From NCBI GenBank assembly GCA_021432655.1, contig MU271355.1, positions 1 through 64,000 on the forward strand: a DNA stretch of 64,000 bases. The letters are read 5' to 3'. Shown in pieces: positions 25,985 to 38,442 of the stretch. The position numbers and the translations under genes are program-made. The notes beneath the pieces were generated by a model that did no database searches, was not told the DNA's origin, and worked only from the letters and a program-made list of their open reading frames with translations. How positions within the stretch are numbered: the stretch's first letter is position 1; every line of letters begins with the position of its first letter. The DNA is from Atractiella rhizophila. Lineage: Eukaryota.

Positions 25985-26850
25985 AAAATTGCACTTTCCA
26001 CACCCCCTCTACACCTGTGTGGATAACCTATCAACTGGGGACGTTTTGAGCGAAATTGCACTTTCCACACCCCCTCTACACCAGCGTCGATAACCTATCG
26101 ACTGGGAACGTTTTCAACAAAATTGCCCTGCAGTGACCCCCTCTACACCTGTGTCGATAACCTATCGACTGGGGACGTTTTGAGCGAAATTGCACTTTCC
26201 ACACCCGCTGTACACCAGTGTTGATAACCTATCGACTGGGGATGTTTTCAACAAAATTGCCCTGCAGTGACCCCTCTGCTCAGAGAGGTTTTGGTTGCAA
26301 CAACCCTAAAAAAAAAAAAAAAAAACCTGTGTCGATAACCTATCGACTGGGGACGTTTTGAGCGAAATTGCACTTTCCACACCCCCTCTACACCGGTGTC
26401 GATAACCTATCGACTGGAAACGTTTTCAACAAAATTGCCCTGCAGTGACCCCGTGGGAGTAATATATCATTCATATCAAAATTGCATGTATATGTGAAGT
26501 TTGTCTCCACATCCTCATTAGCTACCTTTGGTGATGAGCCAGAGATTAGGATGTTTGGAGCGCAATTGCTCTTTCCACACCCCGTCTACACCAGTGTCGA
26601 TAACCTATCAACTGGGGATGTTTGGAGCGCAATTGCTCTTTCCACACCCCGTCTACACCAGTGTCGATAACCTATCGACTGGGGATGTTTTGAGCGAAAT
26701 TGGACTTTCCACACCCCCTCTACACCTGTGTCGATAACCTATCGACTGGGGTCGTTTTCAACAAAATTGCCTGGCAGTGACCCCCTCTACACCAGTGTTG
26801 ATAACCTATTGACTGGGGACGTTTTCAACAAAATTGCCCGCTGTGACCCC
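25985..26850 (-). repeat. Type B repeat array in opposite orientation (GTCGATA-ACC-TATCGAC), with an A18 tract and a duplicated core block
   Basis: About ten hairpin copies; poly(A) at ~26308-26325; the ~25875-25990 block is duplicated at ~26453-26570. Confidence 0.92.
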
Positions 26851-27050
26851 CTCTGCTTGGAGATGTTTTTATTGTCACAACCCTTTCTTCATCATTTACA
26901 CCCTTTTTCTGCAATGTTTCTGGTGCCTCTCTACATGCTCCACATGTTATCAATGTGCAGTATTCTTCTTAACAACTTTAAATCCCTTTCTGACACTAAG
27001 CTGTTACTTCCCTTTCTGATGTCTGGTGCACAAGCCATTCCTGCATGCTT

Positions 27051-27205
27051 ACCACACATCCGGCAGGCTCCCCACACATCCGGCTTACCACACATCCGGC
27101 AGGCTCCCCACACATCCGGCTTACCACACATCCGGCAGGCTCCCCACACATCCGGCTCACCGCACCTCAGGCTGGCCACACATCCGGCTTACCATACATC
27201 TGGCT
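27051..27205 (+). repeat. 36-bp tandem repeat (ACCACACATCCGGCAGGCTCCCCACACATCCGGCTT) x3 plus degenerate units
   Basis: Directly visible; built from a CACATCCGGC core. Confidence 0.93.
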
Positions 27206-27477
27206 CCTAAGCTTCACATCTGTTTGTTGTTGTCTTACGTGCCCACATCTGTGGCAACAGGGCACGTTGTGTCGAATAGATTGATCGCTCTTAGAACCGA
27301 TCATCCCCACATGACTTGCATTGCAACCTTGATCACCAAAAGTTATAAAAGACCCTGTTGCCTGCACTTGTTCCCCAGACAGATTGTCACCCAAAGCGTT
27401 TTTCCAGAACACATCAAACACCTGAGCATTAAACACCCCCCATTAACATATGAAATCCAAAAAAAAAACAATCGAAA

Positions 27478-30400
27478 TGGCTTTAGTTACAGCTGCGTTT
27501 CCTTCTCACTCTATTTCATTCGGACCCGGATTGGCTTTCGGTCCCCAATTGGCTCACAAGATCAACTCCTACCCCAAGGTAGACGTGGCGAGACCTACCA
27601 TCATCAAGTTTGTGCCCATCCACGTGAACAATATAGACCCATCCAGTGGGTCATTTAAAGGTAGAACTCCTAGCCCTATAATGCCTCAGTGATCATCATG
27701 CTGACTCAGATATAGGACAAGCTCAGTCTGGCCCAGCTAAGAAAAGGGTGCCCCATACAAAGCCCATCTCCAAGCTTGGGGCATTCAGAGCAGGTGGCCA
27801 TGTGATCAGCACTGGCCCTGACAATGAAGGCTGGCGAACCATCATTGCACACCCACATCTACAGGCAAAGCGGGCGAGGGAGGCAAAGCTAGCAAGGCTC
27901 GCTCTGAACAAGCAGCCAAGGTTCAAGGCCCACCCGATCTCTCCTGCATCAGCAGGACCAACAAAGTTGCAGAGACCAGTCGGTCTACGTCATATCAGTC
28001 TGGGTATGCTGAAATCTGCAACGCGACAAGCTAGGCCCCCAGAATATGGTCGTCTTCACTCACTCCCATTGAAGAGCTCCTGTCACAATTTACCCACGAT
28101 TTCGAAAGCAACTGGCACGGTCCCTTCCAATGCTCCAAGTTCAAAGGTAGTCACTGGAACGAGTGGGAGAAACAAACCGCAAAAGAGTGCAAAGAGAAAC
28201 AGTACTTCTGTTGACCATGGAGGGAAGAGACATGGAGGGACATCCGCTAAGGAGGGCATGAAGGAATGTCAAGGAAGTGGAGAAGTGGAGGGGCTGGTGG
28301 GGGGAATCGAGCAAGGAAGATCGGCACCCGAGACAGAAACGTGGGATTACGGACGTTGATGTTTCAGAGGAGACATCGTCAGAAAGCGAAGCGGAGAAGA
28401 GAGCGAAGGAGAAGAAAACGCCAGCCACAAAGAAGAGAAAGACTGAAGGGAAGAAGAGGGTAGGGAAGAAACTGGTCAATTATGGGCTGGGAAGAAGCGT
28501 TATGGTCAGCAATATTCATCCTCATTGGGCTTGCTGACCATGGTGCAAGTGTCATGACACCAGAGACAAGCAAGGGAGGGACAATCAAGCTCCCATTCAA
28601 CTTCATGTCTCCACATCTAGGGTAAGTAACACCGTCTGGATGACAAAGCTAAGAGTGCTGCAGGAGGATCACGTTGGAAGATGGAAGTGTCCGTCTACGC
28701 CAGTTCACAGACTTTCCCACCTTGGCCCCACTCTTCTTGTGGTACGAATTTGGATATGAGCCATCGGTAGAACAAGCGAAGAAACATGCGTTATCCCAGG
28801 CAACAATCGATTCGCTTGCAAATGGAGCCGCCTTCATCAACAAGTACAAACAAAACACGGCGGTGGCCATTGATCGTCGAGGGTATCAACTTGAGGACCT
28901 GCCTCCTGCCCTTCGCCAGGCCAAATTCGGCAAGGAAGTGGTCAAATCCATATTCTACAAAAAAAGCAAACCAGTCCGTGTCGAAATGCTACGATTGGCA
29001 CACGAATTTGGAATGGTACCCTGGGCACACCTCCATCACTACACAGAAACCACCAAAGTGGATCAAGCGATTTATGGGAACCCCGCTGGAAGCTTTGTGC
29101 ACATTGATAGGCTTGACCCCACCATGGCAAAGGTGACCGCTGAGTAAAAATCACATTCAAGTGACTGAGAAAGATCACAGGCCAAAGTCATGCTGAACAA
29201 CTGCCAACCGAAAACAGCAGATCAGGCATGGAGCACTTGTCAAGCCGGAAGGATCGCCATCACGAAGCTCTGGTTTGGTCACGAAGGTGAGTCCTCACAT
29301 CTTTGAGACAACAGGCTGACCCACTCGACAGCGGAAGACAAGGAAGGCAATCTCGACAGGTACTGCGAGAGAGCAGCTCAGGCCGCGTTCGCAAGAAAAG
29401 TGTTCGAACCGCTGGCTCTCACGTTCCGTCGAAAATACAACAGGGCTATGGAGAACTGGAGAGACATCACCATCGTCCTAGATAGTATGCAGCCCCAGTG
29501 CTTTTAGGCAAACTGACGATGAGGACAGAGTTGATGCCTAGCTGGGACAAGTCAGACGAGGAGAAGACGTTGGATGCAGAAACTGTCAAGGCAGATGTAA
29601 GGGATCCTCACCAAACAAGCACAGATCGACTCCATGAACAGCAAGCGATCGAACTCCTACATCTTTGCCGACATGTCATCTCAACATACTCCACATGGGG
29701 TCTTGATCTCCGTCAACATCCTGTGGCTTTTCGAGAGAAGACCATCGCCTTTGTCATGGATCAGATCAAGGGATTCATCATGGACAAAGGAATAATCCTC
29801 ACATCGTTGCAGAGCCAGGAACGTGCTGAGTGTATCTGCTCCATAGTGACCATATATGGAGAGATGGACAGGTACGTCGGCGCTCATGGCCAGCAACATG
29901 AAGTTTGAGATGGAGGACGACGAGAGGAGCGCCTTGGCCATGGAGTGGAACTTTGGAGCCAGTACGAGCAATGTGGAGGAGATTGTCACTTTGATGGAAA
30001 GCCCATCCTTGGATGGTGTAGCAGAGAAGACAGTGTAGGCGATGGAGAAAGCTTTGGCCGAAGATCCCGGAGTGAATGAAGTTGCCACGCTCATGAAGGA
30101 TGAAGTCATGACGGACATGGGTCTAGAGACAGACAAACCATTCCCTGGTTTCCGGTCAACAGTCTACCCCATCAAGGACCAGAAAGAAAAGAAGCTGGGG
30201 GACCTGGGGGAAGGGGAACCCTTCGATCTCTTCGGACACCAAGTCGAAGGAATCCACTGCATCGTGAAAGGACTCCATTCTGCCACCGACTCACAGTTGG
30301 CGTGGGCAGAACATCAATGTCGGTTCCTGTGTGCTTCGGTCAGTCTCGGAAGACCATGACTGCAACAGGGACCTTAGCCTATCTGCACCACCTTTACAAA

Positions 30401-33400
30401 AACACCTCCACTACCCCAAACCTGGACAAGGTCTGCAAAGCGGTAGTGCATGGAGTCCTCAACTATCAAGGAGAATACAATCCTCCAACAGGAACAGATG
30501 CTGTCAAAGTCCTTACCAATGTTTTGGAAGAGATCTGCGACCAGAAGTCTCGAGAGATGTAAGGAGAGGTTTCCCAAGATTACTTTGCGCTCGTCAAGTC
30601 CGCAGTCCATCACATCGCAATGCTTCTCAAGGACAAGCCTGACTGGATCGACCCTTTGAAGAGACGAGGCGAAGACACCCTCAAGTACACCGCTCTTTTG
30701 AAAGAGAAAGCCAAGATAGCACTCACCGGTTACACATTCCCACCATTTCTGAGTAAGCCTCCTGCAAACCACATCTAAGCTCATGTTTCATTCAGGAGAC
30801 ACACTCGTCTTTGCAGGGGATGGGCGGATGAAGAATCTTCCCTCATTACTCATAGTTCCTCATAACCTCATGAACCAATGGAGGATAGAAATTGAGAACA
30901 AAATGGATCCCTCCCACCTCTGATACCTCGTCTATGGCGATGATGTCCGTTCTCGGGCCACCTTTCACAAGAGTCACAAGAATCTCTTGGAGGGAAAAGA
31001 GAAGGACACCTCCAGCATAGTTGTCATCATTTCTGACAACACCTTGACAACAGAAGTGGATTGGCTGGAGGGCAAGAACAGGATCGACATCCACCGGGTA
31101 CGAGAGAAGTCAGAGCTCACAAGATAACACCTTCCATCTTTGACTATCGCTTTTGTCTCACAGTAGTGGACGAACATCACACCCATCAAACAAGGGGGAA
31201 CTCACAGCAGCTGTTCACCAGGCATGCTGCAGGGTCCAGGCGGTGCTCGCCATCACCGCCACTCCACTCTTCACACGTGTGGAAGTAAACACGCTCTTTT
31301 TATAAGATGCAGCGAACAACCAGAAAAGGACATATTCGTGCAGGTCCTATCACTAGGACTTGTCCTCACGACTTGAGTCATGTATTTGACAGTCGCAGAA
31401 CTGGCGAGACGGATCTGTTCAGCCGGAGGAGGGCAGGGACGATGCAGGAGAAGAGGACGTTCAACTTCGATGAAGAGGAGATTCCCATAGGTTTCGAACA
31501 GCTGAAGGAACAAGAGGCCAAGAAACTCTTAGAAAACAACAAGAAAGTGCCCACCAGGCAGCAGATGTCTTAGAGGGGATCAGCGGGATGGAAGCAGAGT
31601 TTGAGACCACAAAGACAAAGGCATCTGAGGGACAAGGTGTCAGCATCGCGGAGATGGAAAGGACAGACATCAAAGCGATGGCTGAGTCTGTGAAGAAGGC
31701 TGCAGGATTCCTTGAGGCTCTGGGAGGAAAGAACATCACACAGAGGGAGGAGGAAAGAAGACATCGGAAGTAGCAACCATGCTAGCCTAGAAAATCTTTC
31801 ATCCCCTTATAATCCGGAGGACTCAAGCATCAGTGGACAAGAATGGCAAACCCATCTCTGTCCAAGAGCCCATCAAGATCAAGAAAACGACAACCAAACT
31901 ATTGAAAGCAGAAGCCAGTGTGCACAAGGACATCGTCAATGCTGCAAAGAGCGCACCTTCAGATGGAAAGGGAGACAGATTCTGGACCCAATATAGGACG
32001 ATGCTCAATCATGTCTGCTTCCCAACTGACCGCCCCGACGACTCTACTGTTGCCTCCTTCTGGGGATTCCTCGGTGTCCAAACAGAGAGAAGAAAACCAA
32101 ACAGATCATTTGGAAGACCAGATGGAGGTGGATGCAGTCACACAGCCAGAGCCCAGTTCATCCTGCACTCAAGAGGGCGGCATGTAAGCCGACAGCCAGC
32201 AGCCACGTGCCTCAGATGCCTCCATCGTACCAGAGGATGATTCCACAGGTCCATGGGGGCAAGCTAGCAAGGTGGACAAATGGACATGGATCCCACGTGA
32301 GGTACCAAAAGGGTGGATACCAGAGAGTCCAGCTGAGGATCCTTATCCATCGACAAAGCTCATGTCCTTGTGTCACCTGCTCAGAGAACTGGTCACAGAC
32401 AAGGATTGGAAGGGGAAGATCACCGTATATGTCTCCTGGCCAAGCAGGAAGCCAATAGTCCCAAAGGCAAGTAAAATGCATTCCGATAACCAGGTTGACT
32501 GGTTTCACAGTATATGGAGTGGTATGACATCCCAACACTGTGGGTGGATGGCACCAGTGTGAAGGATTCAGAAGATGGCCACAAAGCGATGAGGATGGTA
32601 AACATGGAGGCGCCTTACTTAGCAGATGATGGCTCACTCCTTCAGAGGTGGTGGTCTTCTTGCCTGTAAGCAATGTGGGCATAACCTTGTACCGATGTTC
32701 TCACTTGATCCTGCTGGTGAGTTGTGGGCTATTTCAGATGTAACAAAGCTAACACTGTCAATCCAGGATGTTCAATGGTCAGCCTTCGAGATAGAACAGA
32801 CCATCGGAAGAGTCTACAGGTACCCCAACCCATACCATGTCACCGTCTGGCGCTTGGTCTCCGAAGGGAGCACCGATGTGCCAATGTCAATCATCGCCTC
32901 CACCAAGCGCTTCCTCTCCCATACGCTCCTCAATCCACAAGACATGACATTGCTGGAATCTTAACTTCCAGAGATGCTCGACCTCGTTCAGAAGCTCATG
33001 GGAGTCCAAATTCCATGGCTCGATGCTGAAGAAGTGGACTCTGATCCAGAGGAGGTGAAGAAGAGGGAGAACGACGACCCGAAGGGATTGTTGGGAGATC
33101 GCCAATTTCAAACGTCCAAACGTGTGGAGAGACTAGAAGAAACAGAAGCCATCAAGACCAAGTCCATAGAGAAATATAGGGCAAAGGACATCGAGATTCA
33201 GAGAGCATCCGTGTTGTATACACATTCCATCAAGGCCGAGGAGGCAGACATCCCGAGGGAAGCCAAGGGGAAGAAGGTCCAACGGGACAAGTGTGAGGCT
33301 GAGTGATCTAAAGGTGATAGGACTACAATCTACATGGCCCCACTTACCTAGTACGACCCCCCCAGATGATGTCATGGTCGCAAGGCGCGCGCATTACGCA

Positions 33401-33791
33401 ACCTGCATCCACTACTTTCCTTGATCAGTGGAAGTCTTCAACAGTCGCTGACGATGATCTGGACGATGATTGAGAGCCTTCGGTGGGTAGAGAGGCTTGG
33501 GAAAGTGAGTTCTGAGAGGAGGCGACAGAGGAGATTACGCCGGAGATGGTGAAGAAGGTGAGGACGAGAGCTAATAAGAAGGCGGACAGGAGGATTAAAC
33601 GAATGACGACTCATAGGTTTATGTCACAGGTGTTATTGAAGGCTCTCAAAGATGAGAAGGGATTATGGGAAAGTCAGCGGGATGAGCCAGTGCCTATGGA
33701 CGACCATGCTCATGGCTCAAGTAACAAGAGGAAAGGATGGGCAATGGTTGCAGATGGGCTCAAGAGGCTCAGGAGCTCTGGGGCCCGATAG
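27478..33791 (+). pseudogene. SNF2-family (SF2) helicase/ATPase pseudogene with a long basic N-terminus
   Basis: LFGHQVEG (~30230), frameshifted Walker A SLG/KTMTA (~30345), LLIVPHNLMNQWRIEI (~30850), VVDEHH (~31165), ITATP (~31252), STKL...ITVYVSW (~32350-32440), EQTIGRVYR...VTVWRLVSEGSTD (~32795-32877). Many stops and frameshifts; boundaries approximate. Confidence 0.87.
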
Positions 33792-35343
33792 TTCGGATTG
33801 TATTCCTCGTCGATAGAGAAATAATAGAACCAATATATTCAGCTTCCGCATGGACGGACAAGGAGCAAAGTCGAGCCACCAATGCAGTATGAAGCGAGCG
33901 AAGCAAGCACAACTCTGATATATCTGAGATGCTTCATCACTGTCAGGCTTGCCCCTACGCATTACCGAAATGCACCATTTGATGTCACGTGACCTACTTT
34001 AGTACGTTGTAGGATCACGTGCCTACCCGTTACCGGTTTGCGCACGTTCGCGCTGACCGCCGCCTTCCCCCATCTCACATGAATCGCCGCTCAGCAAACC
34101 TTATACATTTCGCCGGTCTACACCGTCGCCATTATTGCCTTATTATCCTTTCTCACTTGTACTGCCCAGTATGTCTTATTTCCGAGTATTTCCTTTATTG
34201 CTTGCCTGATCTAGCTATCTTACATGTTTCAGGAAACGTATGTTACAGTTTATGGCAGTACCTTTGCATATGTATATATACATTGAGATGTAGTGGTGGT
34301 GACCTCAGAGTATTCCCTTAGGTTTACCTCCACTACAGGTTAGTCTTCTCATGCTATACTATCCACTTAGGTTTACCTCCACTACAGACGCATCGCCCGT
34401 CGGCGACCGCACATAGTGTCAGCCCTAACAATCACATCGCGGTACCATCTCTATCTCCATCGATTCTGCTTGAAAATAATGATGTAAACTCCAAGTCCTG
34501 ACCTTGTTCACTGATCCTTGGTTCTTTTGCTTCATTCAGCACGAGTGGCCACAAGGTTAGTTGATCTGCGAAGTGTCACTTCTTTCGCACCCCTTTGTGT
34601 CTTTCTACCTTCTCGTTGACAGGGCTGTTCAATATCGCAATTGACATAATAGGCGGGCATGATTGGAAAATTCCAAGAGTTCAATTCCTCTGCATGGTAC
34701 TGAGAATTAAACAAAATATAAGTGCATCGCGACACAGGCTAGCACGAGCACCTGCTCTTGTGCTATCCTGATACCTTTCTAAATCTGAAAATCTGGGTTC
34801 TTCCGGAAAGGAGAAAGGGACAACCACTTTATATATACCCCCCAATCATCTTTGTCCTTTCCATCCCTTTGTACAGCTCCTAGCCCGACCGATGTATAGA
34901 GAACATATGTCTCAACGGTTATAAATTAATTTTGCAACTTTGAATGTACTTTGTTTAATTGGAGATATATGCCAAATATCGACCAGAGCAGTCTAATGAA
35001 GCAAGCATTTCAATGGATAAGTGATTTAAGATGTGTCTTAGAGAGGACATTGCCTGTGCCTATGAGTGTTTATGTGGACATGACATTTAGACTGGATTGT
35101 TATTCCTATTTGTGGCAGGGTTCTACCCTGATTGACTAAGAGCCAACAGTTTCGTGATGATGCTGTTTTTATTGGAGGCAGGGTCGCACCCTGGGTGCCT
35201 AGGAGGCAAGGATATAGCCAGGATCCTGTTTGTTATAGAGGCAGTGTTGAGCCTAAAGTACTGTTAGTAGAGAGGGAAATAGACTGTACAACTTTCTCTC
35301 TCGTCCTCTCTAGAATGCGAGTCAAATATGAGTATCTCCAGCA

Positions 35344-35897
35344 TCATTCCTCCCCACCCTCCCGAACCCATAGGTTATTTCCCTTGCCCACCCTCAACTC
35401 TCTCACCATGCTTCTAGCTGTACGTATTGCTTCCTCAAGCCACCCTCCAAAGAACAGCCGAATCATCAACGCACGTTTTCTCATTGTCTTAACCTTTTCA
35501 GCTCCATCCACCATATCCCTCTCCTCCTTCACCCCCCTGTCCCCAAAGAACCAGCAGATGAAGTCTGAGAATACTAATCCTGTGAATTCCCAGTCGAGCA
35601 TACAGTACCGAACATCTATGGTTAGTATCGCTTTTGCATTTCGGAGGGTGTGGAAGAACTGAGGGGAAACGAGGTTTGAAGTTTCCTCACCACCGTCGAG
35701 GTAGAGTCCGGTCAGATGTTTGACGTGTGATAGGTCGAGCGGAGTGGGTAGGATGGAGATCTTTCCATCAGGCGAGTAGGGGGCGAGTGTGATATTGAGA
35801 TATTCGAGGAGAGGCGGCAGACAGGTGCCTGAGACGGAGGGAGGGAGGGGACACAGGTTGGAGAGAATCAGGAATCTGATGGGAGTGGGAGAGGCAG
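35344..35897 (-). pseudogene. 3' fragment of an F-box/LRR-like lineage-expanded protein gene, cut at 35897 by a foldback terminus
   Basis: LSNLCPLPPS...LDLSHVKHLTGLYLDGGEETSNLVS...DFICWFFGD is paralogous to 43679-44250. The ORF's apparent N-terminus is only foldback repeat. Confidence 0.7.
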
Positions 35898-35914
35898 CTA
35901 CTAACAATACTTTA

Positions 35915-36520
35915 GGGTTCAACCCTGCCTCTTTCAGGAATGAGATCCAGGCTGAATCCTTGCCTCCTGGGGACCTAGGGTACAACCCTGCCTCTGTCAG
36001 GAACAGGATCCTGGCTGAATCCTTGCCTCCTGGCAGCCCAGGGTACAACCCTACCTCTGTTAGGAACAAGATCCTGGCTACATGCTTGCCTCTTAGGCAC
36101 CCAGGGTATGAACCTGATGCTGTCGGGAACAGGATGCTGCGTACATCCTTGCCTCCTCGCCGCCTAGGGTACAACCCTGCCTATGTCAGGAACAGGATCC
36201 TGGCTGAATCCTTGCCTCCTCGCGGCCCAGGGTACAACCCTGCCTGTGTCAGGACATGATCCTGCCTACATCCTTGCCTCTTAGGCAGCCAGGGTATGAA
36301 CCTGATGCTGTCAGGAACAGGATGCTGCCTACATCCTTGCCTCCTTGTCACCGAGGGTACAACCCTGTGTGTGTCACGACACGATTCTGCCTACATCCTT
36401 GCCTCCTCGCTGCCTAGGGTACAACGCTGCCTCTTTCAGGAATGAGATCCAGGCTGAATCCTTGCCCTCCTGGCTGCCTAGGGTACAACCCTACCTCTGT
36501 CAGGAACAAGATCCTGGCTA
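35915..36520 (+). repeat. 63-bp tandem repeat (type A) x10
   Basis: GGGTACAACCC-type motif recurs at ~35915, 35978, 36041, 36104, 36167, 36230, 36292, 36355, 36417 and 36481. Confidence 0.95.
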
Positions 36521-36589
36521 CACCCTTGGTTTAGAAATCTGTTCTCTGTACGTTATTAACGATAAGTGCAATTTTCGCAAAACTACACC

Positions 36590-37770
36590 AGATCGATAGC
36601 TTATCGACATCAGGTATAGAGGGGTCTCATGAGTACAATTTTGTTGAAAGTGGCCCATGTCGATAGGTTATCGACACCTCGTGTAGAGGGGTGTCATGAG
36701 TACAATTTTGTTGAAAGTGGCCCATGTCGATAGGTTATCGACACCTCGTGTAGATGGGTCTGAGGGGTGCAATTTTGTTGAAAGTGGCCCATGTCGATAG
36801 GTTATCGACACCACATATAGAGGGGTCTGAGAACCAAAGTTTCATGAAACTCAGCCAGGCAGCCACTTAAGATTGGGTACAGACATGGATGGATCGATAC
36901 TCTGATCAAAGTAGTGCATGCATTGGATGTATACTTGAGCAAGCAAGGTGCTGAATTGTCTAGAATCAATTTGGTGGATACACAAACTTGAATGTATGAG
37001 CAATGATCAAGATGATGGAGTCGTTTGAAATAGTAATACCATTAAAATGAGAATGTGGTAAGAATGTTTTAACAAATGTGACGTATTAAAGAGCTTGTTT
37101 TGAATCATTACAGTCAAATATAACGATAAAAAGTGATCAATAATGGTTTTAGTGCCAATGCGCAAGATGATTGCTGAAACATATTACAGGACAACAGGTG
37201 CATATCACGCTGTTCTAAACCCTTCGTGACTTTTACATCTGCTAGTAATTGTAACATAAGTGTGAGCAACATTGTAAAACATGCAATGATGAGGGGGGTT
37301 TGCAGGGTTTGGGTTTCATGTGGAGCATATGGAGCTAGAACACCTCTGTGGGAGTAATATATCATTCATATTGAAATTGCATGTATGTGTGAAGTTTGTC
37401 TCCACATCCTCATTAGCTACCTTTGGTGATGAGCTAGAGATTAGGACGTTTGGAACGCAATTGCTCTTTCCACACCCCCTGTACACTAGTGTCGATAGCC
37501 TATCGACTGGGGACGTTTTGAGCGAAATTGCCTTGCAGTGACGCCCTCTACACCATTGTCGATAACCTATCGACATGGGATACTCTCAACAAAATTGTAC
37601 TGATGAGACCCCTCTACACATGGTGTCGATAACCTATCGACATGGGACACTTTCAATGAAATTGCACCCCTGAGACCCCTCTATACAAGGTGTCGATAAC
37701 CTATCGACATGGACCACTTTCAATAAAATTGTACTCATGAGACGCCTCTATACCTGATGTCGATAAGCTA
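36590..37770. repeat. Type B (67-bp hairpin) arrays in inverted orientation flanking the AT-rich core
   Basis: GTCGATAGGTTATCGAC copies at ~36590-36810 and GTCGATAACCTATCGAC copies at ~37490-37770. Confidence 0.92.
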
Positions 37771-37849
37771 TCGATCTGGTGTAGTTTTGCGAAAATTGCA
37801 CTTATCGTTAATAACGTACAGAGAACAGATTTCTAAACCAAGGGTGTAG

Positions 37850-38442
37850 CCAGGATCTTGTTCCTGACAGAGGTAGGGTTGTACCCTAGGCAGCCAGGAG
37901 GGCAAGGATTCAGCCTGGATCTCATTCCTGAAAGAGGCAGGGTTGTACCCTAGGCAGCGAGGAGGCAAGGATGTAGGCAGCATCCTGTTCCTGACAGCAT
38001 CAGGTTCATACCGTGGCTGCCTAAGAGGCAAGGATGTAGGCAGGATCATGTCCTGAAATAGGCAGTACCCTGGGCTGTGAGGAGGCAAGGATTCAGCCAG
38101 GATCCTGTTCCTGACATAGGCAGGGTTGTACCCTAGGCGGCGAGGAGGCAAGGATGTACGCAGCATCCTGTTCCCGACAGCATCAGGTTCATACCCTGGG
38201 TGCCTAAGAGGCAAGCATGTAGCCAGGATCTTGTTCCTAACAGAGGTAGGGTTGTACCCTGGGCAGCCAGGAGGCAAGGATTCAGCCAGGATCCTGTTCC
38301 TGACATAGGCAGGGTTGACCCTAGGCGGCGGGGAGGCAAGGATGTATGCAGAATCGTGTCCTGACACACGCAGGGTTGTACCCTCGACGATGAGGAGGCA
38401 AGGATGTAGGCAGGATCATGTCCTGACACAGGCAGGGTTGTA
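37850..38442 (-). repeat. Type A 63-bp array, right arm (continues at 42289-42606 after the Tc1 insertion)
   Basis: Reverse complement of the 35915-36520 units. The unit GGGTTG-TA-CCCTGGG is split by the Tc1 element. Confidence 0.94.

Larger units (their letters stand above)
25002..35270. mobile_element. Foldback-like element A (~10.3 kb) bracketing a SNF2 pseudogene
   Basis: Left end CTACTAACAGTACTTTAGGG at 25002 and inverted right end CCTAAAGTACTGTTAGTAG ending at 35270. Both are followed inward by 63-bp-family repeats. No TSD. Confidence 0.7.

Noticed and set aside
25985..26850. CRISPR-like array (palindromic repeat at regular spacing)
   Set aside because: The intervening sequences are themselves repeated variants rather than unique spacers, the context is eukaryotic, and no cas genes are present.
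34008..34429. Possible solo LTR (TGTAGG...CCTAACA) with an internal 22-bp direct repeat
   Set aside because: No TSD and no second copy in the window.
37600..37640. Hammerhead-like CTGATGA-GAC...GTC-GATA in a 67-bp unit
   Set aside because: It has GATA rather than GAAA, and sister units read CTCATGA, so the catalytic core is not conserved.
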